Source: Squalus acanthias | Lineage: Eukaryota | Assembly (NCBI GenBank): GCA_030390025.1 | Contig: JASTWF010000359.1 | Span: 310,001 to 374,000, forward strand | Direction: 5' to 3' | Length of the DNA: 64,000 bases | Made by a program: the position numbers and the translations under genes | Shown: in pieces, positions 1-16,230 of the stretch | Layout of the letters: each line of letters starts with the position of its first letter | How positions within the stretch are numbered: position 1 is the stretch's first letter | Notes under the pieces: model-generated | Seen by the model: only the letters and a program-made list of their open reading frames with translations | What the model was told of the DNA's origin: nothing | The model's database searches: none

Positions 1-3000
1 TAACTGTACCGTGTGAGATAACTCCAGGACCGTTACTGTACCGTGTGATATAACTCCAGGACTGTTACTGTACAGTGTGATATAACTCCAGGACTCTTAC
101 TGTACCGTGTGATATAACTCCAGGACCGTTACTGTACCGTGTGATATAACTCCAGGACTGTTACTGTACAGTGTGATATAACTCCAGGACTCTTACTGTA
201 CCATGTGATATAACTCCAGGACTGTTACTGTACCGTGTGATATACCTCCAGGACTGTTACTGTACCGTGTGATATAACTCCAGGACCGTTACTGTACCGT
301 GTGATGTAACTCCAGGACTGTTACTGTACCGTGTGAAATAACCCCGGGACTGTTACTGTACAGTGTGACATAATTCCAGCACCATTACTGTACCGTGTGA
401 TATAACTCCAGGACTGTTACTGTACCGTGTGATATACCTCCAGGACCGTTACTGTACCGTGTGATATAACTCCAGGACTATTACTGTACCATGTGATATA
501 ACTCCGGAACCGTTACTGTACCGTGTGATATAACTCCGGGACTGTTACTGTACCGTGTGATATAACTCCAGGACCGTTACTGTACCGTGTGATGTAACTC
601 CAGGACTGTTACTGTACCGTGTGAAATAACCCCGGGACTGTTACTGTACAGTGTGACATAATTCCAGCACCATTACTGTACCGTGTGATATAACTCCAGG
701 ACTGTTACTGTACCGTGTGTTATAACTCCAGGACTGTTACTGTACCATGTGATATAACTCCAGGACTGTTACTGTACCGTGTGATATAACTCCAGGACTG
801 TTACTGTACCATGTGATATAACTCCAGGACCGTTACTGTACCGTGTGATATAACTCCAGGACTGTTACTGTACCGTGTGATATAACTCCAGGACCGTTAC
901 TGTACCATGTGATCTAACTCCAGGACTGTTACTGTACCGTGTGATATAACTCCGGGACTGTTACTGTACCGTGTGATATAACTCCAGGACTGTTACTGTA
1001 CCGTGTGATATAACTCCGGGACTGTTACTGTACCATGTGATATAACTCCGGGACTGTTACTGTACCGTGTGATATAACTCCAGGACTGTTACTGTACCGT
1101 GTGATATAACTCCGGGACTGTTACTGTACCGTGTGATATAACTCCAGGACTGTTACTGTACCGTGTGATATAACTCCAGGACTGTTACTGTACCATGTGA
1201 TATAACTCCAGGACTGTTACTGTACCGTGTGATATAACTCCAGGACTGTTACTGTACCGTGTGATATAACTCCAGGACTGTTACTGTACCGTGTGATATA
1301 ACTCCAGGACTGTTACTGTACCATGTGATATAACTCCAGGACTGTTACTGTACCATGTGATATAACTCCAGGACTGTTACTGTACCGTGTGATATAACTC
1401 TGGACTGTTACTGTACCGTGTGATATAACTCCAGGACTGTTACTGTACCGTGTGATATAACTCCTGGACTGTTACTGTACCGTGTGATATAACTCCAGGA
1501 CTGTTACTGTACCGTGTGATATAACTCCAGGACTGTTACTGTACCGTGTGATATAACTCCAGGACTGTTACTGTACCATGTGATATAACTCCAGGACTGT
1601 TACTGTACCGTGTGATATAACTCCAGGACTGTTACTGTACCGTGTGATCTAACTCCAGGACTGTTACTGTACCGTGTGATATAACTCCAGGACTGTTACT
1701 GTACCGTGTGATATAACTCCAGGACCGTTACTGTACCGTGTGTTATAACTCCAGAACTGTTACTGTACCATGTGATATAACTCCAGGACTGTTACTGTAC
1801 CGTGTGATATAACTCCAGGACTGTTACTGTACCGTGGAATATAACTCCAGGACTGTTACTGTACCATGTGATATAACTCCAGGACCATTACTGTACTGTG
1901 TGATATAACTGCGGGACTGTTACTGTATCGTGTGATATAACTCCAGGACCGTTACTGTACCGTGTGATATAACTCCAGGACTGTTACTGCACCGTGTGAT
2001 ATAACTCCGGGACCGTTTATGTACCGCGTGATATAACTCCAGGACTGTTACTGTACCGTGTGATATACCTCCAGGACTGTTACTGTACCGTGTGATACAA
2101 CACCGGGACTGTTACTGTACCGTGTGATATAACTCCAGGACAGTTACTGTACCGTGTGATACTACTCCGGGACTGTTACTGTACTGTTTGATATAACTCC
2201 AGGACCGTTACTGTACTGTGTGATATAACTCCAGGACCGTTACTGTAACGTGTGATATAACTCCGGGACTGTTACTGACCCGTGTGATATAACTCCAGGA
2301 CTGTTACTGTACCATGTGATATAACTCCAGGACTGTTACTGTACCTTGTGATATAACTCCAGGAATGTTACTGTACCGTGTGTTATAACTCCAGGACTGT
2401 TATTGTACCGTGTGATATAACTCCGGGACTGTTACTGTACCATGCGATATAACTCCAGGACCATTACTGTACCGTGTGATATAACTCCAGGACTGTTACT
2501 GTACCGTGTGATATAACTCCAGGACCGTTACTGTACCGTGTGATATAACTCCAGGACCGTTACTGTACCGTGTGATATAACTCCAGGACTGTTACTGTAC
2601 CATGTGATATAACTCCAGGACTGTTACTGTACCGTGTGATATAACTCCTGGACTGTTACTGTACCGTGTGATATAACTCCAGGACTGTTACTGTACATTG
2701 TTATTTAACTCCAGGACTGTTACTTTACAGTGTGATATAACTCCGGGACTGTTACTGTAACTTGTGATATAACTCTGGGACTGTTACTGTACCGTGTGAT
2801 ATAACTCCAGGACTGTTACTGTACCGTGTGATATAACTCCGGGACTGCTACTGTACCTTGTGATATAACTCTGGGACTGTTACTGTACCGTGTGATATAA
2901 GTCCAGGACCGTTACTGTACCGTGTGATATAACTCCGGGACTGTTACTGTACCGTGTGATATAACTCCAGGACTGTTACTGTACCGTGTGATATAACTCC

Positions 3001-6000
3001 TGGACTGTTACTGTACAATGTGATATAACTCCGGGACTGTTACTGTACCGTGTGATATAACTCTAGGACTGTTGCTGTACCGTGTGATATAACTCCAGGA
3101 CTGTTACTGTACCGTGTGATATAACTCCAGGACAGTTACTGTACCATGTGTTATAACTCCAGGACTGTTACTGTACCATGTGATATAACTCCAGGACTGT
3201 TACTGTACCATGTGATATAACTCCAGCACCGTTACTGTACCGTGTGATATAACTCCAGGACTGTTACTGTACCGTGTGATATAACTCCAGGACCGTTACT
3301 GTACCATGTGATCTAACTCCAGGACTGCTACTGTACCGCGTGATATAACTCCAGGACTGTTACTGTACCGTGGGATATAACTCCAGGACTGTTACTGTAC
3401 AATGTGATATAACTCCAGGACTGTTACTGTACCATGTGAGATAACTCCGGGACTGTTACTGTACCGTGTGATATAACTCCAGGACTGTTACTGTACCGTG
3501 TGATATAACTCCAGGAATGTTACTGTACCGTGTGATATAACTCCAGGACCGTTACTGTACCCTGTGATATAACTCCAGGACTATTACTGTACCATGTGAT
3601 ATAACTCCGGAACCGTTACTGTACCGTGTGATATAACTCCGGGACTGTTACTGTACCGTGTGATATAACTCCAGGACTGTTACTGTACCGCGTGATATAA
3701 CTCCGGGACTGTTACTGAACCGTGTGATATAACTCCGGCACTGTTACTGTACTGTGTGATATAACTCCAGGACCGTTACTGTACCGTGTGATATAACTCC
3801 GGGACTGTTACTGTGCCGTGTGATATAACTCCAGGACCGTTACTGTACCGTGTGATATAACTCCAGGACTGTTACTGTACCATGTGATATAACTCCGGGA
3901 CCGTTACTGTACCGTGTGATATAACTCCAGGACTGTTACTGTATCGTGTGATATAACTCCAGGAACGTTACCGTACCGTGTGATATAACTCCAGGACTGT
4001 CACTGCACCGTGTGATATAACTCCGGGACCGTTACTGTACCGCGTGATATAACTCCAGGACTGTTACTGTACCGTGTGATATACCTCCAGGACTGTTACT
4101 GTTCCGTGTGATACAACACCGGGACTGTTACTGTACCGTGTGATACAACTCCGGGACTGTTACTGTACTGTTTGATATAACTCCAGGACCGTTACTGTAC
4201 TGTGTGATATAACTCCAGGACCGTTACTGTAGCGTGTGATATAACTCCGGGACTGTTACTGACCCGTGTGATATAACTCCAGGACTGTTACTGTACCATG
4301 TGATATAACTGCGGGACTGTTACTGTACCGTGTGATATAACTCCAGGACTTTTACTGTACCATGTGATGTAACTCCAGGACTGTTATTGTACCATGTGAT
4401 ATAACTCCAGGACTGTTACTGTACCATGTGTTATAACTCCAGGACTGTTTCTGTACCGTGTGATATAACTCCGGGACTGTTACTGAACCGTGTGATATAA
4501 CTCCAGGACTGTTACTGTACCGTGTGATATAACTCCGGGTCTGTTACTGTACCATGTGATATAACTCCGGGACTGTTACTGTACCGTGTGATATAACTCC
4601 GGGACTGTTACTGTACCGTGTGATACAACTCCGGGACTGTTACTGAACCGTGTGATATAACTCCAGGACTGTTACTGTACTGTGTGTTATAACTCCAGGA
4701 CTGTTACTGTACCATGTGTTATAACTCCAGGACTGTTACTGTACCGTGTGATATAACTTGAGGACTTTTACTGTACCGTGTGATGTAACTCCAGGTCTGT
4801 TACTGTACCGTGTGATATAACTCCAGGACTGTTATTGTACCATGTGTTATAACTCCAGGACTGTTTCTGTACCATGTGATATAACTCCAGAACTGTTACT
4901 GTACCGTGTGATATAACTCTGGGACTGTTACTGTAGCGTGTGATATAACTCCAGGACTGTTACTGTACCGTGTGATATAACTCCTGGACTGTTTCTGTAC
5001 CGTGTGATATAACTCCAGGACTGTTACTGTACCGTGTGATATAACTCTAGCACTGTTACTGTACCGTGTGCTGTAACTCCAGGACTGTTACTGTACCATG
5101 TGATATAACTCCAGGACTGTTACTGTACCGTGTGATATAACTCCAGGACTGTTACTGTACCGTGTGATCTAACTCCAGGACTGTTACTGTACCGTGTGAT
5201 ATAACTCCAGGACTGTTACTGTACCGTGTGATATAACTCCAGGACCGTTACTGTACCGTGTGTTATAACTCCAGAACTGTTACTGTACCATGTGATATAA
5301 CTCCAGGACTGTTACTGTACCGTGTGATATAACTCCAGGACTGTTACTGTACCGTGGAATATAACTCCAGGACTGTTACTGTACCATGTGATATAACTCC
5401 AGGACCATTACTGTACTGTGTGATATAACTGCGGGACTGTTAATGTACCGTATGTTATAACTCCAGGACTGTTACTGTACCGTGTGATATAACTCCAGGA
5501 CCTTTACTGTACCGTGTGATCTAACTCCAGGACTGCTACTGTACCGTGTGATATAACTCCAGGACCGTTACTGTACCGTGTGATATAACTCCAGGACTAT
5601 TACTGTACCGTGTGATATAACTCCGGGACTGTTACTGTACCGTGTGATATAACTCCAGGACTGTTACTGTACCGTGTGATGTAACTCCAGGACTGTTACT
5701 GTACCGTGTGATATAACTCCGGGACTGTTACTGTACCGTGTGATATAACTCCAGGACTGTTACTGTACCGTGTGATATAACTCAAGGACTGTTACTGTAC
5801 CATGTGATATAACTCCAGGACTGTTACTGTATCTTGTGATATAACTCCAGGACTGTTACTGTACCGTGTGATATAACTCCAGGACAGTTACTGTACTGTG
5901 TGATATAACTCCAGGACTGTTACTGTACCGTGTGATATAACTCCAGGACTGTTACTGTACCATGTGATATAACTCCAGGGCTGTTACTGTACCATGTGAT

Positions 6001-9000
6001 ATAACTCCAGGACCGTTACTGTACCGTGTGATATAACTCCAGGACCGTTACTGTACCGTGTGATATAACTCCGGGACTGTTACTGTACCGTGTGATATAA
6101 CTACAGGACTGTTACTGTACCGTGTGATATAACTCCAGGATTGTTACTGTACCATGTGATATAACTGCAGGACTGTTACTGTACCGTGTGATATAACTGC
6201 GGGACTGTTACTGTACCATGTGATATAACTGCAGGACTGTTACTGTACCGTGTGATATAACTCCAGGACTGTTACTGTACCGTGTGATATAACTCCAGGA
6301 CTGTTACTGTACCGTGTGATATAACTCCAGGACAGTTACTGTACCATGTGATATAACTCCAGGACAGTTACTGTACCATGTGATATAACTCCGGGACTGT
6401 TACTGAACCGTGTGATACAACTCCAGGACAGTTACTGTACCATGTGATATAACTCCGGGACTGTTACTGAACCGTGTGATATAACTCCAGGACTGTTACT
6501 GTACCATTTGATATAACTCCAGGACTGTTACTGTACCGTGTGATATAACTCCAGGACTGTTACTGTACCGTGTGATATAACTCCAGGACTATTACTGTAT
6601 CGTGTGATATAACTCCAGGACTGTTACTGTACCATGTGATATAACTCCAGGACTGTTACTGTACCATGTGAAATAACTCCAGGACGGTTACTGTACCGTG
6701 TGATATAACTCCAGGACTATTACTGTATCGTGTGATATAACTCCGGGACTGTTACTGTACCGTGTGATATAACTCCAGGACTGTTACTGTACCGTGTGAT
6801 ATAACTCCAGGACCGTTACTGTACCGTGTGATATAACTCCAGGACCATTACTGTACCGTGTGATATAACTCCAGGACTGTTACTGTACCGTGTGATATAA
6901 CTCCAGGACCGTTACTGTACCTTGTGATATAACTCCAGGACTGTTACTGTACCGTGTGATATAACTCCAGGACCGTTACTGTACCGTGTGATATAACTCC
7001 AGGACTGTTACTGTACCGTGTGATATAACTCCAGGACCGTTACTGTACCATGTGATATAAATCCAGGACTGTTACTGTACCATGTGATATAACTCCAGGA
7101 CCGTTACTGTACCGTGTGATATAACTCTGGGACTGTTACTGTAGCGTGTGATATAACTCCAGGACTGTTACTGTACCGTGTGATATAACTCCTGGACTGT
7201 TTCTGTACCGTGTGATATAACTCCAGGACTGTTACTGTACCGTGTGATATAACTCTAGCACTGTTACTGTACCGTGTGCTGTAACTCCAGGACTGTTACT
7301 GTACCATGTGATATAACTCCAGGACTGTTACTGTACCGTGTGATATAACTCCAGGACTGTTACTGTACCGTGTGATCTAACTCCAGGACTGTTACTGTAC
7401 CGTGTGATATAACTCCAGGACTGTTACTGTACCGTGTGATATAACTCCAGGACCGTTACTGTACCGTGTGTTATAACTCCAGAACTGTTACTGTACCATG
7501 TGATATAACTCCAGGACTGTTACTGTACCGTGTGATATAACTCCAGGACTGTTACTGTACCGTGGAATATAACTCCAGGACTGTTACTGTACCATGTGAT
7601 ATAACTCCAGGACCATTACTGTACTGTGTGATATAACTGCGGGACTGTTACTGTACCGTATGTTATAACTCCAGGACTGTTACTGTACCGTGTGATATAA
7701 CTCCAGGACCTTTACTGCACCGTGTGATCTAACTCCAGGACTGCTACTGTACCGTGTGATATAACTCCAGGACCGTTACTGTACCGTGTGATATAACTCC
7801 AGGACTATTACTGTACCGTGTGATATAACTCCGGGACTGTTACTGTTCTGTGTGTTATAACTCCAGGACTGTTACTGTACCGTGTGATGTAACTCCAGGA
7901 CTGTTACTGTACCGTGTGATATAACTCCGAAACTCTTACTGTACCGTGTGATATAACTCCAGGACTGTTACTGTACCGTGTGATATAACTCAAGGACTGT
8001 TACTGTACCATGTGATATAACTCCAGGACTGTTACTGTATCTTGTGATATAACTCCATGACTGTTACTGTACCGTGTGATATAACTCCAGGACAGTTACT
8101 GTACTGTGTGATATAACTCCAGGACTGTTACTGTACCGTGTGATATAACTCCAGGACTGTTACTGTACCATGTGATATAACTCCAGGGCTGTTACTGTAC
8201 CATGTGATATAACTCCATGTCCGTTACTGTACCGTGTGATATAACTCCAGGACCGTTACTGTACCGTGTGATATAACTCCGGGACTGTTACTGTACCGTG
8301 TGATATAACTACAGGACTGTTACTGTACCGTGTGATATAACTCCAGGACTGTTACTGTACCATGTGATATAACTGCAGGACTGTTACTGTACCGTGTGAT
8401 ATAACTGCGGGACTGTTACTGTACCATGTGATATAACTGCAGGACTGTTACTGTACCGTGTGATATAACTCCAGGACTGTTACTGTACCGTGTGATATAA
8501 CTCCAGGACTGTTACTGTACCGTGTGATACAACTCCGGGACTGTTACTGTACCATGTGATACAACTCCAGGACAGTTACTGTACCATGTGATATAACTCC
8601 GGGACTGTTACTGAACCGTGTGATGTAACTCCAGGACTGTTACTGTACCATTTGATATAACTCCAGGACTGTTACTGTACCGTGTGATATAACTCCAGGA
8701 CTGTTACTGTACCGTGTGATATAACTCCAGGACTATTACTGTATCGTGTGATATAACTCCAGGACTGTTACTGTACCATGTGATATAACTCCAGGACTGT
8801 TACTGTACCATGTGAAATAACTCCAGGACGGTTACTGTACCGTGTGATATAACTCCAGGACTATTACTGTATCGTGTGATATAACTCCGGGACTGTTACT
8901 GTACCGTGTGATATAACTCCAGGACTGTTACTGTACCGTGTGATATAACTCCAGGACCGTTACTGTACCGTGTGATATAACTCCAGGACCATTACTGTAC

Positions 9001-12000
9001 CGTGTGATATAACTCCAGGACTGTTACTGTACCGTGTGATATAACTCCAGGACCGTTACTGTACCTTGTGATATAACTCCAGGACTGTTACTGTACCGTG
9101 TGATATAACTCCAGCACCGTTACTGTACCGTGTGATATAACTCCAGGACTGTTACTGTACCGTGTGATATAACTCCAGGACCGTTACTGTACCATGTGAT
9201 ATAAATCCAGGACTGTTACTGTACCATGTGATATAACTCCAGGACCGTTACTGTACCGTGTGATATAACTCTGGGACTGTTACTGTAGCGTGTGATATAA
9301 CTCCAGGACTGTTACTGTACCGTGTGATATAACTCCTGGACTGTTTCTGTACCGTGTGATATAACTCCAGGACTGTTACTGTACCGTGTGATATAACTCC
9401 TGGACTGTTACTGTACCGTGTGATATAACTCCAGGACTGTTACTGTACCGTGTGATATAACTCCAGGACTGTTTCTGTACCGTGTGATCTAACTCCAGGA
9501 CTGTTACTGTACCGTGTGATATAACTCCAGGACTGTTACTGTACCGTGTGACATAACTCTGGGACTGTTACTGTACCGTGTGATATAACTCCGGGACTGT
9601 TACTGTACCATGTGATATAACTCCAGGACCGTTACTGTACCGTGTGATATAACTCCAGGACTGTTGCTGTACCGTGTGATATAACTCCGGGACTGTTACT
9701 GTACCGTGTGATATAACTCCAGGACTGTTACTGTACCGTGTGATTTCACTCCAGGACTGTTACTGTACCATGTGATATAACTCCAGGACTGTTACTGTAC
9801 CTTGTGATATAACTCCAGGACTGTTACTGTACCGTGTGATATAACTCCAGGACAGTTACTGTACTGTGTGATATAACTCCAGGACTGTTACTGTACCGTG
9901 TGATATAACTCCAGGACTGTTACTGTACCATGTGATATAACTCCAGGGCTGTTACTGTACCATGTGATATAACTCCATGTCCGTTACTGTACCGTGTGAT
10001 ATAACTCCAGGACCGTTACTGTACCGTGTGATATAACTCCGGGACTGTTACTGTACCGTGTGATATAACTACAGGACTGTTACTGTACCGTGTGATATAA
10101 CTCCAGGATTGTTACTGTACCATGTGATATAACTGCAGGACTGTTACTGTACCGTGTGATATAACTGCGGGACTGTTACTGTACCATGTGATATAACTGC
10201 AGGACTGTTACTGTACCGTGTGATATAACTCCAGGACTGTTACTGTACCGTGTGATATAACTCCAGGACTGTTACTGTACCGTGTGATATAACTCCAGGA
10301 CAGTTACTGTACCATGTGATATAACTCCAGGACAGTTACTGTACCATGTGATATAACTCCGGGACTGTTACTGAACCGTGTGATACAACTCCAGGACAGT
10401 TACTGTACCATGTGATATAACTCCGGGACTGTTACTGAACCGTGTGATATAACTCCAGGACTGTTACTGTACCATTTGATATAACTCCAGGACTGTTACT
10501 GTACCGTGTGATATAACTCCAGGACTGTTACTGTACCGTGTGATATAACTCCAGGACTATTACTGTATCGTGTGATATAACTCCAGGACTGTTACTGTAC
10601 CATGTGATATAACTCCAGGACTGTTACTGTACCATGTGAAATAACTCCAGGACGGTTACTGTACCGTGTGATATAACTCCAGGACTATTACTGTATCGTG
10701 TGATATAACTCCGGGACTGTTACTGTACCGTGTGATATAACTCCAGGACTGTTACTGTACCGTGTGATATAACTCCAGGACCGTTACTGTACCGTGTGAT
10801 ATAACTCCAGGACCATTACTGTACCGTGTGATATAACTCCAGGACTGTTACTGTACCGTGTGATATAACTCCAGGACCGTTACTGTACCTTGTGATATAA
10901 CTCCAGGACTGTTACTGTACCGTGTGATATAACTCCAGGACCGTTACTGTACCGTGTGATATAACTCCAGGACTGTTACTGTACCGTGTGATATAACTCC
11001 AGGACCGTTACTGTACCATGTGATATAACTCCAGGACTGTTACTGTACCATGTGATATAACTCCAGGACCGTTACTGTACCGTGTGATATAACTCAGGAC
11101 TGTTACTGTAGCGTGTGATATAACTCCAGGACTGTTACTGTACCGTGTGATATAACTCCTGGACTGTTACTGTACCGTGTGATATAACTCCAGGACTGTT
11201 ACTGTACCGTGTGATATAACTCTAGCACTGTTACTGTACCGTGTGATTTAACTCCAGGACTGTTACTGTACCATGTGATATAACTCCAGGACTGTTACTG
11301 TACCGTGTGATATAACTCCAGGACTGTTACTGTACCGTGTGATCTAACTCCAGGACTGTTACTGTACCGTGTGATATAACTCCAGGACTGTTACTGTACC
11401 GTGTGATATAACTCCAGGACCGTTACTGTACCGTGTGATATAACTCCAGACTGTTACTGTACCATGTGATATAACTCCAGGACTGTTACTGTACCGTGTG
11501 ATATAACTCCAGGACTGTTACTGTACCGTGTGATATAACTCCAGGACTGTTACTGTACCATGTGATATAACTCCAGGACCATTACTGTACTGTGTGATAT
11601 AACTGCGGGACTGTTACTGTACCGTATGTTATAACTCCAGGACTGTTACTGTACCGTGTGATATAACTCCAGGACCTTTACTGTACCGTGTGATCTAACT
11701 CCAGGACTGCTACTGTACCGTGTGATATAACTCCAGGACCGTTACTGTACCGTGTGATATAACTCCAGGACTATTACTGTACCGTGTGATATAACTCCGG
11801 ACTGTTACTGTTCTGTGTGTTATAACTCCAGGACTGTTACTGTACCGTGTGATGTAACTCCAGGACTGTTACTGTACCGTGTGATATAACTCCGAACCTC
11901 TTACTGTACCGTGTGATATAACTCCAGGACTGTTACTGTACCGTGTGATATAACTCAAGGACTGTTACTGTACCATGTGATATAACTCCAGGACTGTTAC

Positions 12001-15000
12001 TGTATCTTGTGATATAACTCCATGACTGTTACTGTACCGTGTGATATAACTCCAGGACAGTTACTGTACCGTGTGATATAACTCCAGGACTGTTACTGTA
12101 CCGTGTGATATAACTCCAGGACTGTTACTGTACCATGTGATATAACTCCAGGGCTGTTACTGTACCATGTGATATAACTCCAGGTCCGTTACTGTACCGT
12201 GTGATATAACTCCAGGACCGTTACTGTACCGTGTGATATAACTCCGGACTGTTACTGTACCGTGTGATATAACTACAGGACTGTTACTGTACCGTGTGAT
12301 ATAACTCCAGGACTGTTACTGTACCATGTGATATAACTGCAGGACTGTTACTGTACCGTGTGATATAACTCCAGGACTGTTACTGTACCATGTGATATAA
12401 CTGCAGGACTGTTACTGTACCGTGTGATATAACTCCAGGACTGTTACTGTACCGTGTGATATAACTCCAGGACTGTTACTGTACCGTGTGATACAACTCC
12501 GGGACTGTTACTGTACCATGTGATACAACTCCAGGACAGTTACTGTACCGTGTGATATAACTCCGGGACTGTTACTGAACCGTGTGATGTAACTCCAGGA
12601 CTGTTACTGTACCATTTGATATAACTCCAGGACTGTTACTGTACCGTGTGATATAACTCCAGGACTGTTACTGTACCGTGTGATATAACTCCAGGACTAT
12701 TACTGTATCGTGTGATATAACTCCAGGACTGTTACTGTACCATGTGATATAACTCCAGGACTGTTACTGTACCATGTGAAATAACTCCAGGACGGTTACT
12801 GTACCGTGTGATATAACTCCAGGACTATTACTGTATCGTGTGATATAACTCCGGGACTGTTACTGTACCGTGTGATATAACTCCAGGACTGTTACTGTAC
12901 CGTGTGATATAACTCCAGGACCGTTACTGTACCGTGTGATATAACTCCAGGACCATTACTGTACCGTGTGATATAACTCCAGGACTGTTACTGTACCGTG
13001 TGATATAACTCCAGGACCGTTACTGTACCTTGTGATATAACTCCAGGACTGTTACTGTACCGTGTGATATAACTCCAGGACCGTTACTGTACCGTGTGAT
13101 ATAACTCCAGGACTGTTACTGTACCGTGTGATATAACTCCAGGACCGTTACTGTACCATGTGATATAAATCCAGGACTGTTACTGTACCATGTGATATAA
13201 CTCCAGGACCGTTACTGTACCGTGTGATATAACTCTGGGACTGTTACTGTAGCGTGTGATATAACTCCAGGACTGTTACTGTACCGTGTGATATAACTCC
13301 TGGACTGTTACTGTACCGTGTGATATAACTCCAGGACTGTTACTGTACCGTGTGATATAACTCCTGGACTGTTACTGTACCGTGTGATATAACTCCAGGA
13401 CTGTTACTGTACCGTGTGATATAACTCCAGGACTGTTTCTGTACCGTGTGATCTAACTCCAGGACTGTTACTGTACCGTGTGATATAACTCCAGGACTGT
13501 TACTGTACCGTGTGATATAACTCCAGGACCGTTACTGTACCGTGTGTTATAACTCCAGAACTGTTACTGTACCATGTGATATAACTCCAGGACTGTTACT
13601 GTACCGTGTGATATAACTCCAGGACTGTTACTGTACCGTGGAATATAACTCCAGGACTGTTACTGTACCATGTGATATAACTCCAGGACCATTACTGTAC
13701 TGTGTGATATAACTGCGGGACTGTTACTGTACCGTATGTTATAACTCCAGGACTGTTACTGTACCGTGTGATATAACTCCAGGACCTTTACTGCACCGTG
13801 TGATCTAACTCCAGGACTGCTACTGTACCGTGTGATATAACTCCAGGACCGTTACTGTACCGTGTGATATAACTCCAGGACTATTACTGTACCGTGTGAT
13901 ATAACTCCGGGACTGTTACTGTTCTGTGTGTTATAACTCCAGGACTGTTACTGTACCGTGTGATGTAACTCCAGGACTGTTACTGTACCGTGTGATATAA
14001 CTCCGAAACTCTTACTGTACCGTGTGATATAACTCCAGGACTGTTACTGTACCGTGTGATATAACTCAAGGACTGTTACTGTACCATGTGATATAACTCC
14101 AGGACTGTTACTGTATCTTGTGATATAACTCCATGACTGTTACTGTACCGTGTGATATAACTCCAGGACAGTTACTGTACTGTGTGATATAACTCCAGGA
14201 CTGTTACTGTACCGTGTGATATAACTCCAGGACTGTTACTGTACCATGTGATATAACTCCAGGGCTGTTACTGTACCATGTGATATAACTCCAGGTCCGT
14301 TACTGTACCGTGTGATATAACTCCAGGACCGTTACTGTACCGTGTGATATAACTCCGGGACTGTTACTGTACCGTGTGATATAACTACAGGACTGTTACT
14401 GTACCGTGTGATATAACTCCAGGACTGTTACTGTACCATGTGATATAACTGCAGGACTGTTACTGTACCGTGTGATATAACTGCGGGACTGTTACTGTAC
14501 CATGTGATATAACTGCAGGACTGTTACTGTACCGTGTGAAATAACTCCAGGACTGTTACTGTACCGTGTGATATAACTCCAGGACTGTTACTGTACCGTG
14601 TGATACAACTCCGGGACTGTTACTGTACCATGTGATACAACTCCAGGACAGTTACTGTACCATGTGATATAACTCCGGGACTGTTACTGAACCGTGTGAT
14701 ATAACTCCAGGACTGTTACTGTACCATTTGATATAACTCCAGGACTGTTACTGTACCGTGTGATATAACTCCAGGACTGTTACTGTACCGTGTGATATAA
14801 CTCCAGGACTATTACTGTATCGTGTGATATAACTCCAGGACTGTTACTGTACCATGTGATATAACTCCAGGACTGTTACTGTACCATGTGAAATAACTCC
14901 AGGACGGTTACTGTACCGTGTGATATAACTCCAGGACTATTACTGTATCGTGTGATATAACTCCGGGACTGTTACTGTACCGTGTGATATAACTCCAGGA

Positions 15001-16229
15001 CTGTTACTGTACCGTGTGATATAACTCCAGGACCGTTACTGTACCGTGTGATATAACTCCAGGACCTGTTACTGTACCGTGTGATATAACTCCAGGACTG
15101 TTACTGTACCGTGTGATATAACTCCAGGACCGTTACTGTACCGTGTGATATAACTCCAGGACTGTTACTGTACCGTGTGATATAACTCCAGGACCGTTAC
15201 TGTACCGTGTGATATAACTCCAGGACTGTTACTGTACCGTGTGATATAACTCCAGGACCGTTACTGTACCATGTGATATAAATCCAGGACTGTTACTGTA
15301 CCATGTGATATAACTCCAGGACTGTTACTGTACCGTGTGATATAACTGCAGGACTGTTACTGTACCGTGAGATATAACTCCAGGACTGTTACTGTACCGT
15401 GTGATATAACTCCAGGACCGTTACTGTACCGTGAGATATAACTCCAGCACTGTTACTGTACCCTGTGATATAACTCCAGGACCGTTACTGTACCGTGTGA
15501 TATAACTCCGGGACCATTACTGTACCGTGTGATATAACTCCAGGACTATTACTGTATCGTGTGATATAACTCCAGGACTGTTACTGTACCGTGTGATATA
15601 ACTCCAGGACTATTACTGTATCGTGTGATATAACTCCAGGCCCGTTACTGTACCATGTGACATAACTCCAGGACTGTTACTGTACCGTGTGATATAACTC
15701 CAGGACTGTTACTGTACCGTGTGATATAACTCCAGGACTGTTACTGTACTGTGTGTTATAACTCCAGGACCGTTACTGTACCGTGTGATATAACTCCAGG
15801 ACTGTTACTGTACCTTGTGATATAACTCCAGGACCGTTACTGTACCGTGTGATATAACTCCAGGACTGTTACTGTACCGTGTGTTATAACTCCAGGACCA
15901 TTACTGTATCGTGTGATATAACTCCAGGACTGTTACTGTACCGTGTGATATAACTCCAGGACCGTTACTGTACCGTGTGATATAACTCCAGGACTATTAC
16001 TGTGTCGTGTGATATAACTCCAGGACTGTTACTGTACCGTGTGATATAACTCCAGGACTGTTACTGTTCCGTGTGATATAACTCCAGGACTGTTACTGTA
16101 CCGTGTGATATAACTCCAGGACTATTACTGTATCGTGTGATATAACTCCAGGACTGTTACTGTACCGTGTGATATAACTCCAGGACTGTTACTGTACCAT
16201 GTGATATAACTCCAGGACCGTTACTGTAC
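1..16229. repeat. 32-bp tandem satellite (A), consensus ACTCCAGGACTGTTACTGTACCGTGTGATATA, ~507 units, runs off the window start
   Basis: ACTCCAGG recurs at 21, 53, etc. (period 32). The array is uninterrupted to ~16229 and variants are mostly point substitutions. Confidence 0.98.
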
Positions 16230-16230
16230 A

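Noticed and set aside
11090..12250. Cluster of 31-bp units (1-bp deletions) in one HOR copy
   Set aside because: The deletions fall in short homopolymers and are confined to one copy, so they are more likely consensus or sequencing errors than biology.
1..16229. RSS-like register in the 32-bp satellite
   Set aside because: Checked 12- and 23-bp spacings on both strands and found no nonamer-like match.
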